From the NCBI RefSeq assembly GCF_004010195.1, contig NC_057749.1, positions 25,273,248 to 25,323,277 on the forward strand: a DNA stretch of 50,030 bases, in the 5' to 3' direction. Each line of letters starts with the position of its first letter. The stretch's first letter is position 1. The notes under the pieces were generated by a model that was not told the origin of the DNA, ran no database searches, and was given only the letters and a program-made list of their open reading frames with translations. Below are positions 35,121 to 46,684 of the stretch, piece after piece. Made by a program: the position numbers and the translations under genes. The DNA is from Chiloscyllium plagiosum. Its lineage: Eukaryota.

Positions 35121-35384
35121 TTTTTGACCCGACCACAGTCTATTCAAACTTAATGAGTCTGGCTTCCCTGATCCTGGCAGAAGACCTTGGCCAGAAACTG
35201 AGGTAAAACACAAGAGGATCTGCAAGGGCTGGCCACCAATATTAAGGCCTTGCCACAATTAATGATAGCTTGAGAAATGTAAGATAAAGCAGCCCTCCTG
35301 TGAACCTCTAGTCACACACTGCCTGGACATAATTAAGATCTAACAGACACTGATTGATGTGATCGTCCTTATAAATGACTTCTT

Positions 35385-35662
35385 TTTTCATTCAGAGGAT
35401 GAGGGTGTCACTGGTTACACCAGTATTGTATTGCCCAGAGGTCAGTTAAGAGTCAACCACATTGCTGTAGGTTTGGTGTCACATATAGTGAACTAGATGG
35501 GTTTTTCCCCAACAATCAACGTGATTGTCATTAGACTCTTAACACAGGACTTTTATTGAAATTAGATTCCACCATGGTAGGATTTGAAGCAGGTGCCCAG
35601 AACATTTGCTGAGTTTCATAGATTAATCGTCCAGTGATGATACCACTAGGCCATTGCTTCCT
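35385..35662 (-). mobile_element. SINE family B
   Basis: Reverse-complement match to 24123-24430. Confidence 0.8.
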
Positions 35663-35756
35663 CATCTGCTCCTACCCTGTACCTGTGGAGACATAGGCAC
35701 TGGGCCTGCTAGATTGGGAAAGCCCTGAAAACAGATGGAAACCTGTTGCACGATGG

Positions 35757-36050
35757 AGTGGCACAGTGGCTCAGTGGTTAGCACTGCTGCCTCACAACAC
35801 CAGGTTCAATTCCATCCTCGGGTGACTATCTGTGTGGAGTTTGCACATTCTCCCCGTGTCTGCGTGGGTTTCCTCCGGGTGCTCCGGTTTCCTCCCACAG
35901 TCCAAAGATGTGCAGCCCAAGTGAATTGACCATGCTAAATTGCCCGTAGTGTTAGGTGCATTTGTCAGAGGGGGGGTGGGTGGCTCTTTGGAGGGTTGGT
36001 GTGGACTTGTTGGGCCGAAGGACCCGTTTCCACACTGTAGGGAATCTAAT
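35757..36050 (+). mobile_element. HE1-type SINE
   Basis: Head, core, tail. Confidence 0.9.
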
Positions 36051-36497
36051 CATATCTGCACCCAATATTCTGATGGCTTGTGCCTTGGGATTCTGCATTC
36101 ACTGAGCATAAAAGACTGGAAAATTACTTCCTTTGTTGTCACTGAATAATGAAGTTATGATGGAGCTGCAAAGATTAGTACCAGATTCCATTTTATAGGC
36201 ATTTGACACACTGATAACACTGTGAGACATAGCGTGAAACACGCACTTCACAAATATTATAAATTCTGAGGAATAACAGCATAACGTCAATAAGCATCAG
36301 GGGTAGGTGCAGCCCTGTAATGTTCAATCCCTGGATAATATGGGGTTTTGAGGACCTAAGATCGCATTTTTACACTATAACAAATTAGAACTAAAGCAAT
36401 GCTGAATTTAAACCTGACAGTTGGTTTTCATGTGAACATATGAAATAGGAACAGACGTAGACCATTCAGCCCTTCAAATCTGCTTCCCCCTTCATCT

Positions 36498-36715
36498 AGG
36501 CGAAAGTGAGGACTGCAGATGCTGGAGATCAGAGTCAAGAGTGTGGTGCTGGAAAAGCATAGCGGGTCAGGCAGCCTCCGAGGAGCAGGAAAATCTACGT
36601 TTCGGGCAAAAGCCCTTCATCAGGAATTCCTGATGCTTTTTGCCCGAAACGTCGATTTTCTTGCTCCACGGATGCTGCCTGACCTGCTGTGCTTTTCCAG
36701 TACCACACACTCTCA
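36498..36715 (-). mobile_element. PLE fold-back element (family B)
   Basis: Arms centred on caggaattcctg; tail on the left; minus-strand hammerhead at 36592-36627. Confidence 0.85.
36592..36627 (-). ncRNA. Minimal hammerhead ribozyme motif (PLE family B)
   Basis: AUUC-CUGAUGA-A-GGGC-UUUU-GCCC-GAAAC-GUA-GAUU; one U-U mismatch in stem I. Confidence 0.65.
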
Positions 36716-36816
36716 CTCATTCATCTGTCTGTGTTTCAAATTCCATGTTCTCGTCTATTCATTCTCAGTGTCAGCACTCCAATGAAAGGTGATGCTCAGC
36801 CTTACACTGCATTGTG

Positions 36817-36915
36817 GAATCCTGATGAAGGGCTTATGCTCGAAACGTTAATTTTCCTGTTCCTCGGAAGCTGCCTGCCCGGCTGTGCTTTTCTAGCACC
36901 ACACTCTCGACTCTG
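36817..36915 (+). mobile_element. Single PLE pLTR fragment with hammerhead-like core
   Basis: ctgatga-a-gggc-ttat-gctc-gaaac-gtt. Confidence 0.75.
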
Positions 36916-37326
36916 GAACTGTATTAAAGGTGTGTTCTCAATGGGACCTGACGGTGGGGTGAGGCTGGTGCTTTTACCAATTCCAGTCTCCGTTGATGGA
37001 GGAGGGGTGGCCAGGCAGTCGCTATCCTTGGAGCATGCCCTGAGAAATAACCAAGGTAGATCCCAGAGATGGAGACTGGAGCACCTCCCCGCTCAGACCT
37101 TCACATTGAGAGCCCTCATTATCTAGTTTCTCTCCAGTGCCTGGGAAAATAGGAGGTGAGATGAGGTAAGAATGCGATGCTAATGCATGCAAAGAGATCT
37201 CTCACTACTCACTTGCAAGATTCTCATCTCCCCATTAATTCCTTGAGTGGAAAATCAAGAAATTCCTTGCCCAGACCTTCCCCAGAGAGAAAAAGAGAGA
37301 AAAAAAGTGAGAGAAAAAGATAGAGA

Positions 37327-37434
37327 AGTGTGTCTGTGTGTGTGTGCCTGTCTGTGTGTGTGTATCTGTGTGTGTGTGTGTGTCTGTATGTGTCTGTGTC
37401 TGTGTGTCTCTGTGTGTGTGCATGTATGTATGTG
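37327..37434. repeat. Imperfect (GT)n microsatellite preceded by a GA-rich tract
   Basis: Direct. Confidence 0.95.
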
Positions 37435-37997
37435 AGGGTCTCTACTTGGAATTATAAGTGAATACTCCTTGACTTAAAAAAAATGTGGTTTTCATTAAGC
37501 AGACAACTTAGTTTGGGATCAGCTTACTCAAACTGCAATTTAAAACATTCAGATAGAGTGTCATTATAACACAATGTCCTCTCTACTGCACTCTGACTGG
37601 GCGTGCCAGCACTTAGCAGAAAATTAAGGGAAAATTTAGCACTAAATGTCATGAGTAAATATTTTGCTCCATTACGGTCATTTCAAAGTGATTCCACATC
37701 CAGACCTTTAAAGTTCATTGTTTAAGAGATGCATGACTCCATCTGCAAAATGTCATCTATTTATAGACTGAACAAATTGTCCACTTACTCCAATCATGAG
37801 TGGATGTCACAAATTGCTATCACAGAATTTCGACAGCACAGGAGTCCATTCGGCCCACCGTGTCAGCTCCAGCTTTCAGAACGAGTGTCGTTCTCCTGCT
37901 TTCCTTGCATCTAACATAACCTGAGGAGGTTCCAGGTGCTTTACAGTCAGTGAGATTCATTTCAAATGCAGTTTCTGTTTTGGAGGCAATGGGCCCT

Positions 37998-38582
37998 GGA
38001 GAGGTGATGGCCCAGTGATTTTATCACTGGACTGTTAATCCAGAAACCCCAGGTAATGTTCTGGGGACCTAGGTTTAAATCCTGCCATGCCATATGGTGG
38101 AATTTATAGAGTCATAGGGATGCACAGCACAGAAACAGACCCTTCAGTCCAATTTATCTGTGCTGATCTGATATCCTAATCTAATTTAGTCCCATTTGCC
38201 AGCACTTGGCCCACATCCCTCTAAACTCTTCCTATTCATATACTCATCCAGATGCTTTTTAAATTCTGTAATTGTATCAGCTTCCACCACTTCCTCTGGC
38301 AACTCATTCCTAACATGCACCACTGTCTGCGTGAAAAGGTTGCCCCTTAGCTCCCTTTTAAATCTTTCCTCTTCCACCTTAAACTTATGCCCTCTACTTC
38401 TGGACTCCCCCACCTTGTCGAAAAGACTTTGTCTATTTATCCTATCCAGACATTTCATGATTTTATAAACCTCTGAATTCATTACACTTCTGAAATGAAG
38501 TATCTGCAGTTGACTCTTGGGCAATGAGGGATGGGCAATAAATGCCGGCCTAGCCAGTGACACTCTATCCTGAGAATGAATA
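37998..38582 (+). mobile_element. SINE family B split by a minus-strand CR1 3' end (38108-38473)
   Basis: Head ggagaggtgatggcccagtg; tail gggcaataaatgc...aatgaataa. Confidence 0.8.
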
Positions 38583-38758
38583 AGTTTTTATAAAACACAG
38601 GAAACATGGCAATCAATTTGTGCACGATAACCTCCCACAAACAGTAAAAAGGATAATGAGCAAATCATCATTTTCAGAATACCAAAAGCAACGCGGATCA
38701 GAAACAAGTTGCTGGAAAAATGCAGCAGGTCTGGCAGCATCTGTGGAGAGAAAGCGAG

Positions 38759-38791
38759 GTTAACGTTTCGGGTCCAGTGACCCTTCTTCAG
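38759..38791 (-). ncRNA. Minimal hammerhead motif (PLE family C) at the end of pLTR fragment 38690-38792
   Basis: CUGAAGA-A-GGGUC-ACUG-GACCC-GAAAC-GUU-AAC; perfect 5-bp stem II; 5' strand of stem I truncated or mismatched. Confidence 0.6.
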
Positions 38792-38844
38792 ATCCCACTG
38801 TTAATAATTTTCAGCGCCCTTATCCAGGTGCTACTGTACTTGCT

Positions 38845-39632
38845 GAGGTGAGGAGTGAATGTCTTCACCCAGAGAGTGGGGAGCCTGCGGAATTCCCTGC
38901 CACTGAAAGTGGTTGAGGTCAAAGCGTTTAAAGTTTTCAAGAAGGAGTTAGATATAGTTCTTGGGCTAAATGGGTCAAAGGGTAATGGGGAGAAAGTGAG
39001 AACACGATTCTGGGTTGCATGATCAGCCATGATCACAGTGAATGGCGAAGTAGTGTATGGTAGTTGGGTGGTCATGTTGCAGCTGTACAGGACATTGGCT
39101 AGGCCCACCTTAATAATACTGCATTCTGTTCTGGTCTCCGTCCTAGAGGAAGAATGTTGTCAAAACTGACAGATGGAGAATCAATTTACAAGGACGTTGC
39201 CAGAGTTGGAGGGTTTGAGCTACAGGGAGAGGCTGAATAGGCTGGGGTTATTTTCCCTGGAACCTCAGAGGCTAAGGGGTGACCGAATAGAGGTTTATAA
39301 AATCATGAGGGGCATGGATAGGGTAAATAGACAAGGTCTTTTCCCTGGTAGTGGAGTCCAAAACTAGAGGGCATAGGTTTAAGGTGAAAGGGGAAAGATT
39401 TAAAAGGGAGCTAAGGGGCAACTCTTTCACGCAGAGGGTGATGTGTGTATGGAATGAGCTGCCAGAGGAAGTGGCGGAGGCTGATACAATTACAGCATTT
39501 AAAAGGCATCTGGATTGGTTATATGAATAGGAAGGGTTTAGAGGGATATGGGCCAAGTGCAGGCAAAAGGGACTCATTTACTTTCAGATATCTGGTCAGG
39601 TTGGACCAAAGGGTCTATAAACGACTCTATGA
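38845..39632 (+). mobile_element. Two adjacent CR1-type 3' fragments
   Basis: VFTQRVGSLRNSLP; LEGLSYRERLNRLGLFSLE..RLRGD.IEVYK. Confidence 0.9.
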
Positions 39633-39879
39633 TCAAATGGCCTACTTATTTTCTTTGTTTTCACGTCAATGTTATTTGTTGAGGAATGGCTATTGGCCAA
39701 AACACAAGGAAGAACTCCCCTGCCATCCTTTGGAACATTAACCTCTCCTGTGGAGTTTGCAGTGAGGGCCTGAGCCCGTTTATTTCTCAGTGCTGCTGTG
39801 CTGTCACAGTGAGCTGCACAACAGAATATACTCTTCAATATTGGAATGTTAATGCCACTCCCTCACCCCCCCCCCCCAG

Positions 39880-40890
39880 GTACCAGTCTAGGCTGGTCAG
39901 GGTGCAGGAGGAGACCTTGCTGATGCTCTCTCTGAGGACTTGGTCCTCAGAGGTCGAGGAGTTTGCCTCTGGAGGAGACTGGTGTTTCTCTGCAGAGTTG
40001 GTCGGTGTTGGTACCTGTAAGCATCAGGTGGGAGAACATAGAACATAGAACGTTACAGCGCAATACAGGCCCTTCGACCCTCAATGTTGCGCCGCCCTGT
40101 CATACTAATCTGAAGCCCATCCCACCTACACTATTCTATGTACATCCATTTGCCTGCCCAATGATGACTTAAATGCACTTAAACTTGGTGAATCTACTAC
40201 CGATGCAGGCAAAGCATTCCATACCCTTACTACTCTCTGAGTAAAGAAACTACCTCTGACATCTGTCTTATACCTATCCCCCCTCACTTTAAAGTTGTGT
40301 CCCCTCGTGTTTGCCGTCCCCATATTTGGAAAAAGGCTCTCCCTGTCCACCCTATCTAACCCTCTGATTGTCTTGTATGCCACTGGATCCAGGGAATGAC
40401 ACTGACTGGGAGAGTCGCAGTGGAATGGAGTGCGGGATCGCCTCAATTGGCGGGACACAGACCTCCCAGCATCCCGCAGGAACGATCCCAATCTTCTCCT
40501 GGACGGGGTCAAGTTGTGTTCCTTGTAGGGGGTGAGGAGCCTAATGTCTGGCGGCCCTCCACCCACCTGGGCTCTTTGTACCCCATCGTCATTGGCTGGG
40601 ATGAGAGGAAAGGGGCATGGGTGAAGGGGGCTGGCATGGCTGGTAAAGATGGGTGAAAGGTGGTGAGGTTTTCAGAGAATGAGGTAGCAGCATGGAAGGC
40701 ATGCAGGGGTTAGTAGTTTGCGAGTAAATTGAGAGTGAGTGTGAGAAGATGTTGCAGAAAATGGTAACAACGATAGAGCCTTGGGGGGAGGGGAGATAGA
40801 GTGAGTGTGAGGTAGCAGACAAAAGAGAGCGCTAATTCCATGTAAACAGGGCTTCCCAGGACAGCTGGTGGGGGTGCTGTGAACCCTCAC
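39880..40890 (-). mobile_element. Possible PIF/Harbinger Myb/SANT-gene relic, interrupted by a CR1
   Basis: Minus strand: acceptor-like tttcctctcatcccag, then RAQVGGGPPDIRLLTPYKE, resembling the TGGGPP..LTP.EE motif that follows Myb/SANT-like domains; second acceptor-like cttacag near 40015. Confidence 0.35.
40035..40380 (-). mobile_element. CR1-type LINE 3' end with (TTCTATG)n tail
   Basis: YKTIRGLDRVDRESLFP..TRGHNFKVRG..FFTQRVV. Confidence 0.9.
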
Positions 40891-41077
40891 TGCTCTCTCT
40901 CCATGGCAAGTATGTCCTTTCTACAACAGGGTGGCCAATACTACACACAACATTCCAGGCGTGGTCTCACCAAGAGCCGGTGCAACAGCAGTAAGGCATC
41001 CCAATTTGAAATATGGGTGAAATAACCCCACAGAGGCTGGTATTTTGTTATCAAATCACCCTCTATTTACACCACTC

Positions 41078-41625
41078 AGAGTCAAGAGTTGTACAGCTTG
41101 GAAACAGCCCCTTCAGTTCAACTCGTCCACGCCAAGCAGATATCCTAACTTAATCTAGCCCCATTTGGCCCATATCCCTCTAAACCCTTCCTATTCATAT
41201 GCCCATCCAGATGCCTCTTAAATGTTGTAATTGTACCAGCCTCCACTACCTCCTCTGGCAGCTCATTCCACACACGCACCACTCTCTGCGTGAAGAAGTT
41301 GCCCCTCGGGTCCCTTTTAAATCTTTCCCCTCTCGCCTTAAACCTATGCCCTCTAGTCTTGAACTCCACTACCCTGAGGAAAAGAACTTGTACTCACCTA
41401 TCCATGCCCCTCATGATTTTATAAAGCTCTATTCAGTGACTCCTCAATCTCCGGTGCTCCAGGGAAAACAACCCCAGCCTATCTAGCCTCTCCCTATAGC
41501 TCTCCCTCCAGTCCTGGCAAGATCCTTGTAAATCTTTTCTGATCCCTTTCAAACCTAACAACATTTTTCCTGCAGCAGGGAGACCAGAATTGAATACAGT
41601 TTTCCAAAATTGGTCTGTGCAGCCA
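41078..41625 (-). mobile_element. CR1-type LINE 3' part
   Basis: TRGHRFKARGERFKRDPRGNFFTQRVV. Confidence 0.9.
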
Positions 41626-41667
41626 TAACACCATTGACTATAGTATTGCCTCAGACAACTCTTTTTA

Positions 41668-41871
41668 TGATTCGGAGATGCCGGTGTTGGAATGGGGTGT
41701 ACAAAGTTAAAAATCACACAACACCAGGTTATAGTCCAACAGGTTTATTTGGAAGCACTAGCTTTCGGAACGCTGCTCCTTCAGCCACCTGATGAAGGAG
41801 CAGTGCTCCAAAAACTAGTGCTTCCAAATAAACCTGTTGGACTATAACCTGGTGTTGTGTGATTTTTAACT
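41668..41871 (-). mobile_element. PLE fold-back element (family A)
   Basis: About 75-bp inverted arms; cacctgatgaaggagcagtgctcc followed by a decayed GAAA. Confidence 0.85.
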
Positions 41872-41877
41872 TGTAAA

Positions 41878-41977
41878 GCCTTTTTATGTCAGCCAGGGCT
41901 CCCTGATTGGACCAGATTAACAACCTCAGTGAGGGAACACTTATCCTACGAGGGTCCAAATGGCTGTCATTGTCACA
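41878..41977 (-). mobile_element. LTR fragment, same family as 46685-47494
   Basis: Reverse complement ctggtccaatcagggagccctggctgaca matches 46745-46772. Confidence 0.6.
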
Positions 41978-42189
41978 ATCACTAGAATGGGCAAAATTAA
42001 TGGATAATATTTACTGCAGTTACGAGATGTTTGGTGGACTGAGTTTAATCCACCTGTCCATTGTACAGCACTGCAGAAGCTTACGGCATGGAACAGGGCC
42101 ACTCAGTCCATCTTGTCTGCATAGCCCAATCCCACTTTTCACAGAGATTACAGTGTTTCAAGTACATACGCACATACTCAATCATAGAA

Positions 42190-42520
42190 TAGAATTAGAA
42201 TCCCTACAGTATGGAAGCAGGCCATTCAGCCCATTGAGTCCACACCGACCATCCAAAGAGCATCCCACCTACCTAGACTACCCCAGTAACCCTATAATTT
42301 CACATGGCTAAATCACCTAACCTACTCATCCCTGAACATTATGGATAATTTAGCATGGTCAATCCACCTAACCCGCACATCTTTGGACTGTGGGAGGAAA
42401 CCAGAGCAAACCTACACAGGGAGAATGTGTAAATACCACACAGACAGTTGCCCGAGGATGGAATTAAATCTGGGTCCATGGTACTGTGAGGCAGCAGTGC
42501 TAACCACTGAGACACCGTGC
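42190..42520 (-). mobile_element. HE1-type SINE (divergent)
   Basis: Core and head on minus strand. Confidence 0.85.
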
Positions 42521-42675
42521 CTCCTGCAATGAGTTACAGATCAACACCACCCTCTGGTGAATAAATTGAATACATATCCTCTTACCTCCAATCCATATGC
42601 CCTCAGTGGACTCTGCTAGCCAGGTGAATATTTCATATTCTGCTGCTTATGGAGATCATGGAACCTTATTGTGTA

Positions 42676-42800
42676 CAGTCATTCCTCAGTATCCATGAGG
42701 TTAAAGTTTCTGAGAAATCCCCCAAATGGTGAATCCATGAGTGCAGAGGTTGTTAAAAATGAGTTACAAATATTGTGGATGTGCAAATTGTGCCGATGGA
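42676..42800. mobile_element. Possible ancient Tigger-type DNA transposon end
   Basis: ta|cagtcattcctcagtatccatg resembles Tigger/MER2-type TIRs; no partner TIR found. Confidence 0.35.
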
Positions 42801-43127
42801 TGTTGGTACTTTTTTTTTGTAGTGAATTGGCAATTTGGGATTTTGCTGACCCGATGGATTTACTGCATTTCTGTCTATTTGGAAATAGGCTTAACCTTCC
42901 CCTGAACTTGTAAAATACAATAGAGGGAGGGATGAAAGAAAGACTTTTTAAAAAGGCACAGACACAAGATCAAACAAAAGGAAAGGAAATGGGAGCAACC
43001 GTAACATTTAGAAAGGGAACTGGATGGACATTTAAAGTAGAAAGATGAGCCGGGCTTCGAGAGAAAGGAGAGAGAAGAGGATTACTCTGATAGCTTTTTC
43101 AGTAGGTTCTGCTGCGTGGCAAACAGT

Positions 43128-43625
43128 GTCATAGAGTCACAGAGCTATACAATACAGAAACGGACCCTTCAGTCCAACTCTTCCATGCTGGCCATATATC
43201 TTAAATTAATCTAGTCCCGTTTGCCAGCATCTGGACAATATTCTTCTAAACCCTTCCTATTCATATACCCATCCAGATGCCTGTTAAATGCTGTAATTGT
43301 ACCAGCTTCCACCACTTCCTCTGGCAGCTCATTCCATACACGGACAACACTCTGCGTGAAAAGGTTGCCCCTCAGGTCCCTTTAATATCTTTCCCCTTTC
43401 ACCCTAAACCTATGACCTCTAGTTCTGGACTCCCCCAGCCTGGGGAAAAGATCTTATCCATTTACTGTTTCTCTGCCCCTCATGATTTTATAAACCTCTA
43501 TAAGGTCACCCCTCAGCCTCCGACGCTCCAGGGAAAACAGCCCCAGCCTGTTCAGCCTCTCCCTGTAGCTCAAACCCTCCAACCCTGGCAACATCCTTGT
43601 AAAGCTTTACTGAACCCTTTCAAGT
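43128..43625 (-). mobile_element. CR1-type LINE 3' part
   Basis: Reverse-complement match to 39200-39630. Confidence 0.9.
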
Positions 43626-43989
43626 TTTGCTATGGCTTTCCTTTAGATCCATCAAGCTCCAACTTTGGAGATGAGAATGAAAGGACAGACATACAAATGA
43701 ACCGACGACAAATTAGATGCGGCATGGCTCTTAATCTTCAATGCTGTGTGGAAGCTACTTATTTCACAGAGAAGGGAGTTCAGACACCAAGGAATTAAAA
43801 TGTTATTAGTCGATTTTCATGAAGAGACTGCAAATTAAAGTGAGTAATTCAGCAAGGACTTTTCATTTATATAGCAATGCTTATGACTTCAAAAGATCCC
43901 AACATCCATTCCAGACAATGAAATACTTTGGAATTGTATTCACTAGTAATATCAAAAAACATTGTGATAAATATTATGGTGATAATTGG

Positions 43990-44228
43990 GTGGCACTGCT
44001 ACCTCTCAGCACCAGGGACCAGGGTTCAATTCCAGCCTCAGGTGACTGTGTGGAGTTTGCACATTCCCCCCGTGTCTGTGTGGGTTTCCTCACACACACC
44101 ATCCCAAAGAATCCATGTTCCTGTGCAACATTCTGGCATAGCCTAGAGCCAGGCAGAATGTGGGTGGGTTACTCTGTGGAGGGTCGGTGTTGGGCCAAAG
44201 GACCTGTTTCCACACTGTAAGTAATCTG
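43990..44228 (+). mobile_element. HE1-type SINE (degenerate)
   Basis: gggttcaattcc B box, core, tail. Confidence 0.8.
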
Positions 44229-44264
44229 AGCAGACCAGACATCTCTCCTGCTGTACTCTTTTAA

Positions 44265-45350
44265 CTGAAAGTAAAGCTTCCTCTACATTGTTCCCATGAA
44301 ACACTCCCAGGACTGGGACAGCACGGGTTAGATTCAGAGCAAACTTCTTTTGACACTATGCCCATTTAGCACTCCCAGGATTGGAGCAATAAAGCTTAGA
44401 TGCAGATGAAAAACTATTTCCCTGCTTGTAAAGCATCCTAGCCACTGTGCAATCAGGAGGACCTGTTACAAAGTATTCACAACATAGAAGCAGGCCATTC
44501 GGCCCAACTGGCCAATTCTCTTTTAAGCTGAAAGTAAAGCTGTCTCTACAATATTCCCTATCAAACACTCCCAGGACAGGGACAGCACGGGGTTAGATAC
44601 AGAACAAATCTTCCTATAAACTGTCCCCAACAAATACTCCCAGGTCAAGGACAGCACAGGGTTAGATTCAGGGTAATTCTTCCTCTGCACTGTCTCCATC
44701 AACCACTCCCAGGGACAGGGACAGCACGGGGTTAGATAGAGAGTAAATCTTCCTCTACACTGTCCCCATCAAACATTCCCAGGGACAGGGACAGTACCGG
44801 GATAGATACAGAGTAAAGCTGCCTCTACACTGTCCCCATCAAACACTCCCAGAACAGGGACAGCACGGGGTTAGATACAGAATAAATCTTCATTTACACT
44901 GTCCCCATCAAACACTCCCAGGACAGGGACAACACAGGGATAGATACAGCGTAAAGCTCCCTCTACACATCCCCATCAAACACTCCCAGAACAGGGACAG
45001 CACATGGTTAGATACAGAGTAAATCTTCATTTACACTGTCCCCATCAAACACTCCCAAGGACAGGGACAACACAGGGATAGATACAGAGTAAAGCTCCCT
45101 CTACACTGTCCTTATCAAACACTCCCAGGACAAGGACAGCATGGGGTTAGACGGAGAGTTAAGGAAAAAGAAAGTGGAAAAAACACTGTCTGTATCAAAT
45201 ACTCCCAGTACATGGACAGCTTGGGTTAGATAAAGAGTAAAACTCCCATGACTCTTTTAAACAGAAACTGAATCTCCCTTGACCCTGTGTCCATCAAACA
45301 CCCCCTGGAAAGGAACAGCCTGGGGTTAGATAGAGTAAAGCACGCTTTAC
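44265..45350. repeat. ~69-70-bp tandem repeat, about 12 units, interrupted at ~44356-44525
   Basis: acactgtccccatcaaacactcccaggacagggacagcacggggttagatacagagtaaagctccctct; unit starts at 44757, 44827, 44896. Confidence 0.95.
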
Positions 45351-46174
45351 TCCGAGACAGATTTCGATGCAGAGGAAAGCTCTGCCTGCCATTGGGGTGT
45401 GGGGAAAAGATTTGCAGATTGATAATCAGAGCTGCTTGGCCACATTCCCAATGTACCTTCCCTGGGCCATCAAGGCCTGAAGTGGCCCTCAAACCCAGGA
45501 AACCCTGGTTCAGAGACAGAGCTGCTTCCAGGATCCCAGGGGCACCCAGGTTGACCCATAGTCACCTTGGGCCAGCAAGTTCCACATTCTCACATAGTCT
45601 GGGCAAAGACATTCCTCCTGAATTTCCTGTTGGAATTATCACCATTATTTCATATTTACGTTCCCCCTAGTTCAGGTTCATCTACATCCGTTAAATCTTT
45701 CTTTACTCTTGAATACCTCTATCCCAAAGCTTCTGATTTCTGTGAGGCATCGAGTTCCAGTGTTTGCTGCTTGTATAAACTCTTTTAGTAAACACAAATC
45801 TTTCTTTTCAATTAACTAGCGTTCTCTATGGAGGCTCATAAGATCGTCTCATATGCTGAAGCAAAGCACCACAATTGAAATGACAGGCATTACTGCAAGA
45901 TTACAGTGCAGGAGAAAAGGCTAACTCCTTTCATTAACAACACATACTTCAGCTGCAATACTCCACTGATAATCACACATAGCTCTCATATTACTGAATG
46001 AATTTTCCATACCAGGGAACGATAAGGTGGAAATGCAACTGGGGTTCACGAAAAGCAGGCTCCGTGATTAATGTTGCCTCTCCACACACACTGATGAGAT
46101 TAGTCACTGCACATTAAAGTGTAGATACTCACAAAATCAACTGGCAGTTTTCAAAATCAAATCAAACCAAATTC

Positions 46175-46595
46175 GCTTTGAAGGGAGGCTGGATAGACCT
46201 GGGTCATTTTCCGTAAATCAGAGAAGGCTGGGTGGGGGGAGCATGGTGTCTAAGATTATGAGGGGCCTGGACAGTGTGGATAGAAAGCAGCTGTCGCCAG
46301 TAACTGAAGGGTCAATAATGAGGGGGCCTCATTTTAAGGTGAAGGGAAGGATTTTTACAGGGGACTTGAGGAAAAGCGTTTTCATAAGCGTTCAGTGGTA
46401 ATCTGGAATGTACTGTCTGGGAGCATGTTTGAGGAGGGAAACCTCACAACCTTGAAAAGGTAGGTGGATGAGCCGTAGAAATATCATAACATTCAAGGCA
46501 ATGGGCCGAGTGCTGGAAAGTGGGATTAATGTAGATAGGTTGGTATAGGGCTAATGGGCCAAAGGGCCTCTTCTGTTTTGCATGACACTGTAACT
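46175..46595 (+). mobile_element. CR1-type LINE 3' end (old)
   Basis: KIMRGLDSVDR-like sequence and 3' UTR. Confidence 0.8.
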
Positions 46596-46684
46596 CACAC
46601 CTCCCCACCATGTTGAACTGACAGACTCTATCCTGACGTACCGTACAATATTATAGGGCTTACTGAATAATTTCTGTCGCGATT

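Larger units (their letters stand above)
37905..39860 (-). mobile_element. Deu-domain SINE relic in three pieces (37905-37980, 38590-38680, 39670-39860)
   Basis: Pieces are collinear with the 16735 and 31845 copies. Confidence 0.5.

Noticed and set aside
34801..35258. HT/CV-repeat ORFs (also at 37235-37435, 18779-19015 and 29910-30261)
   Set aside because: Translations of microsatellites or tandem repeats.
44265..45350. CRISPR-like array
   Set aside because: Units are contiguous with no unique spacers, no cas genes, and the context is vertebrate.
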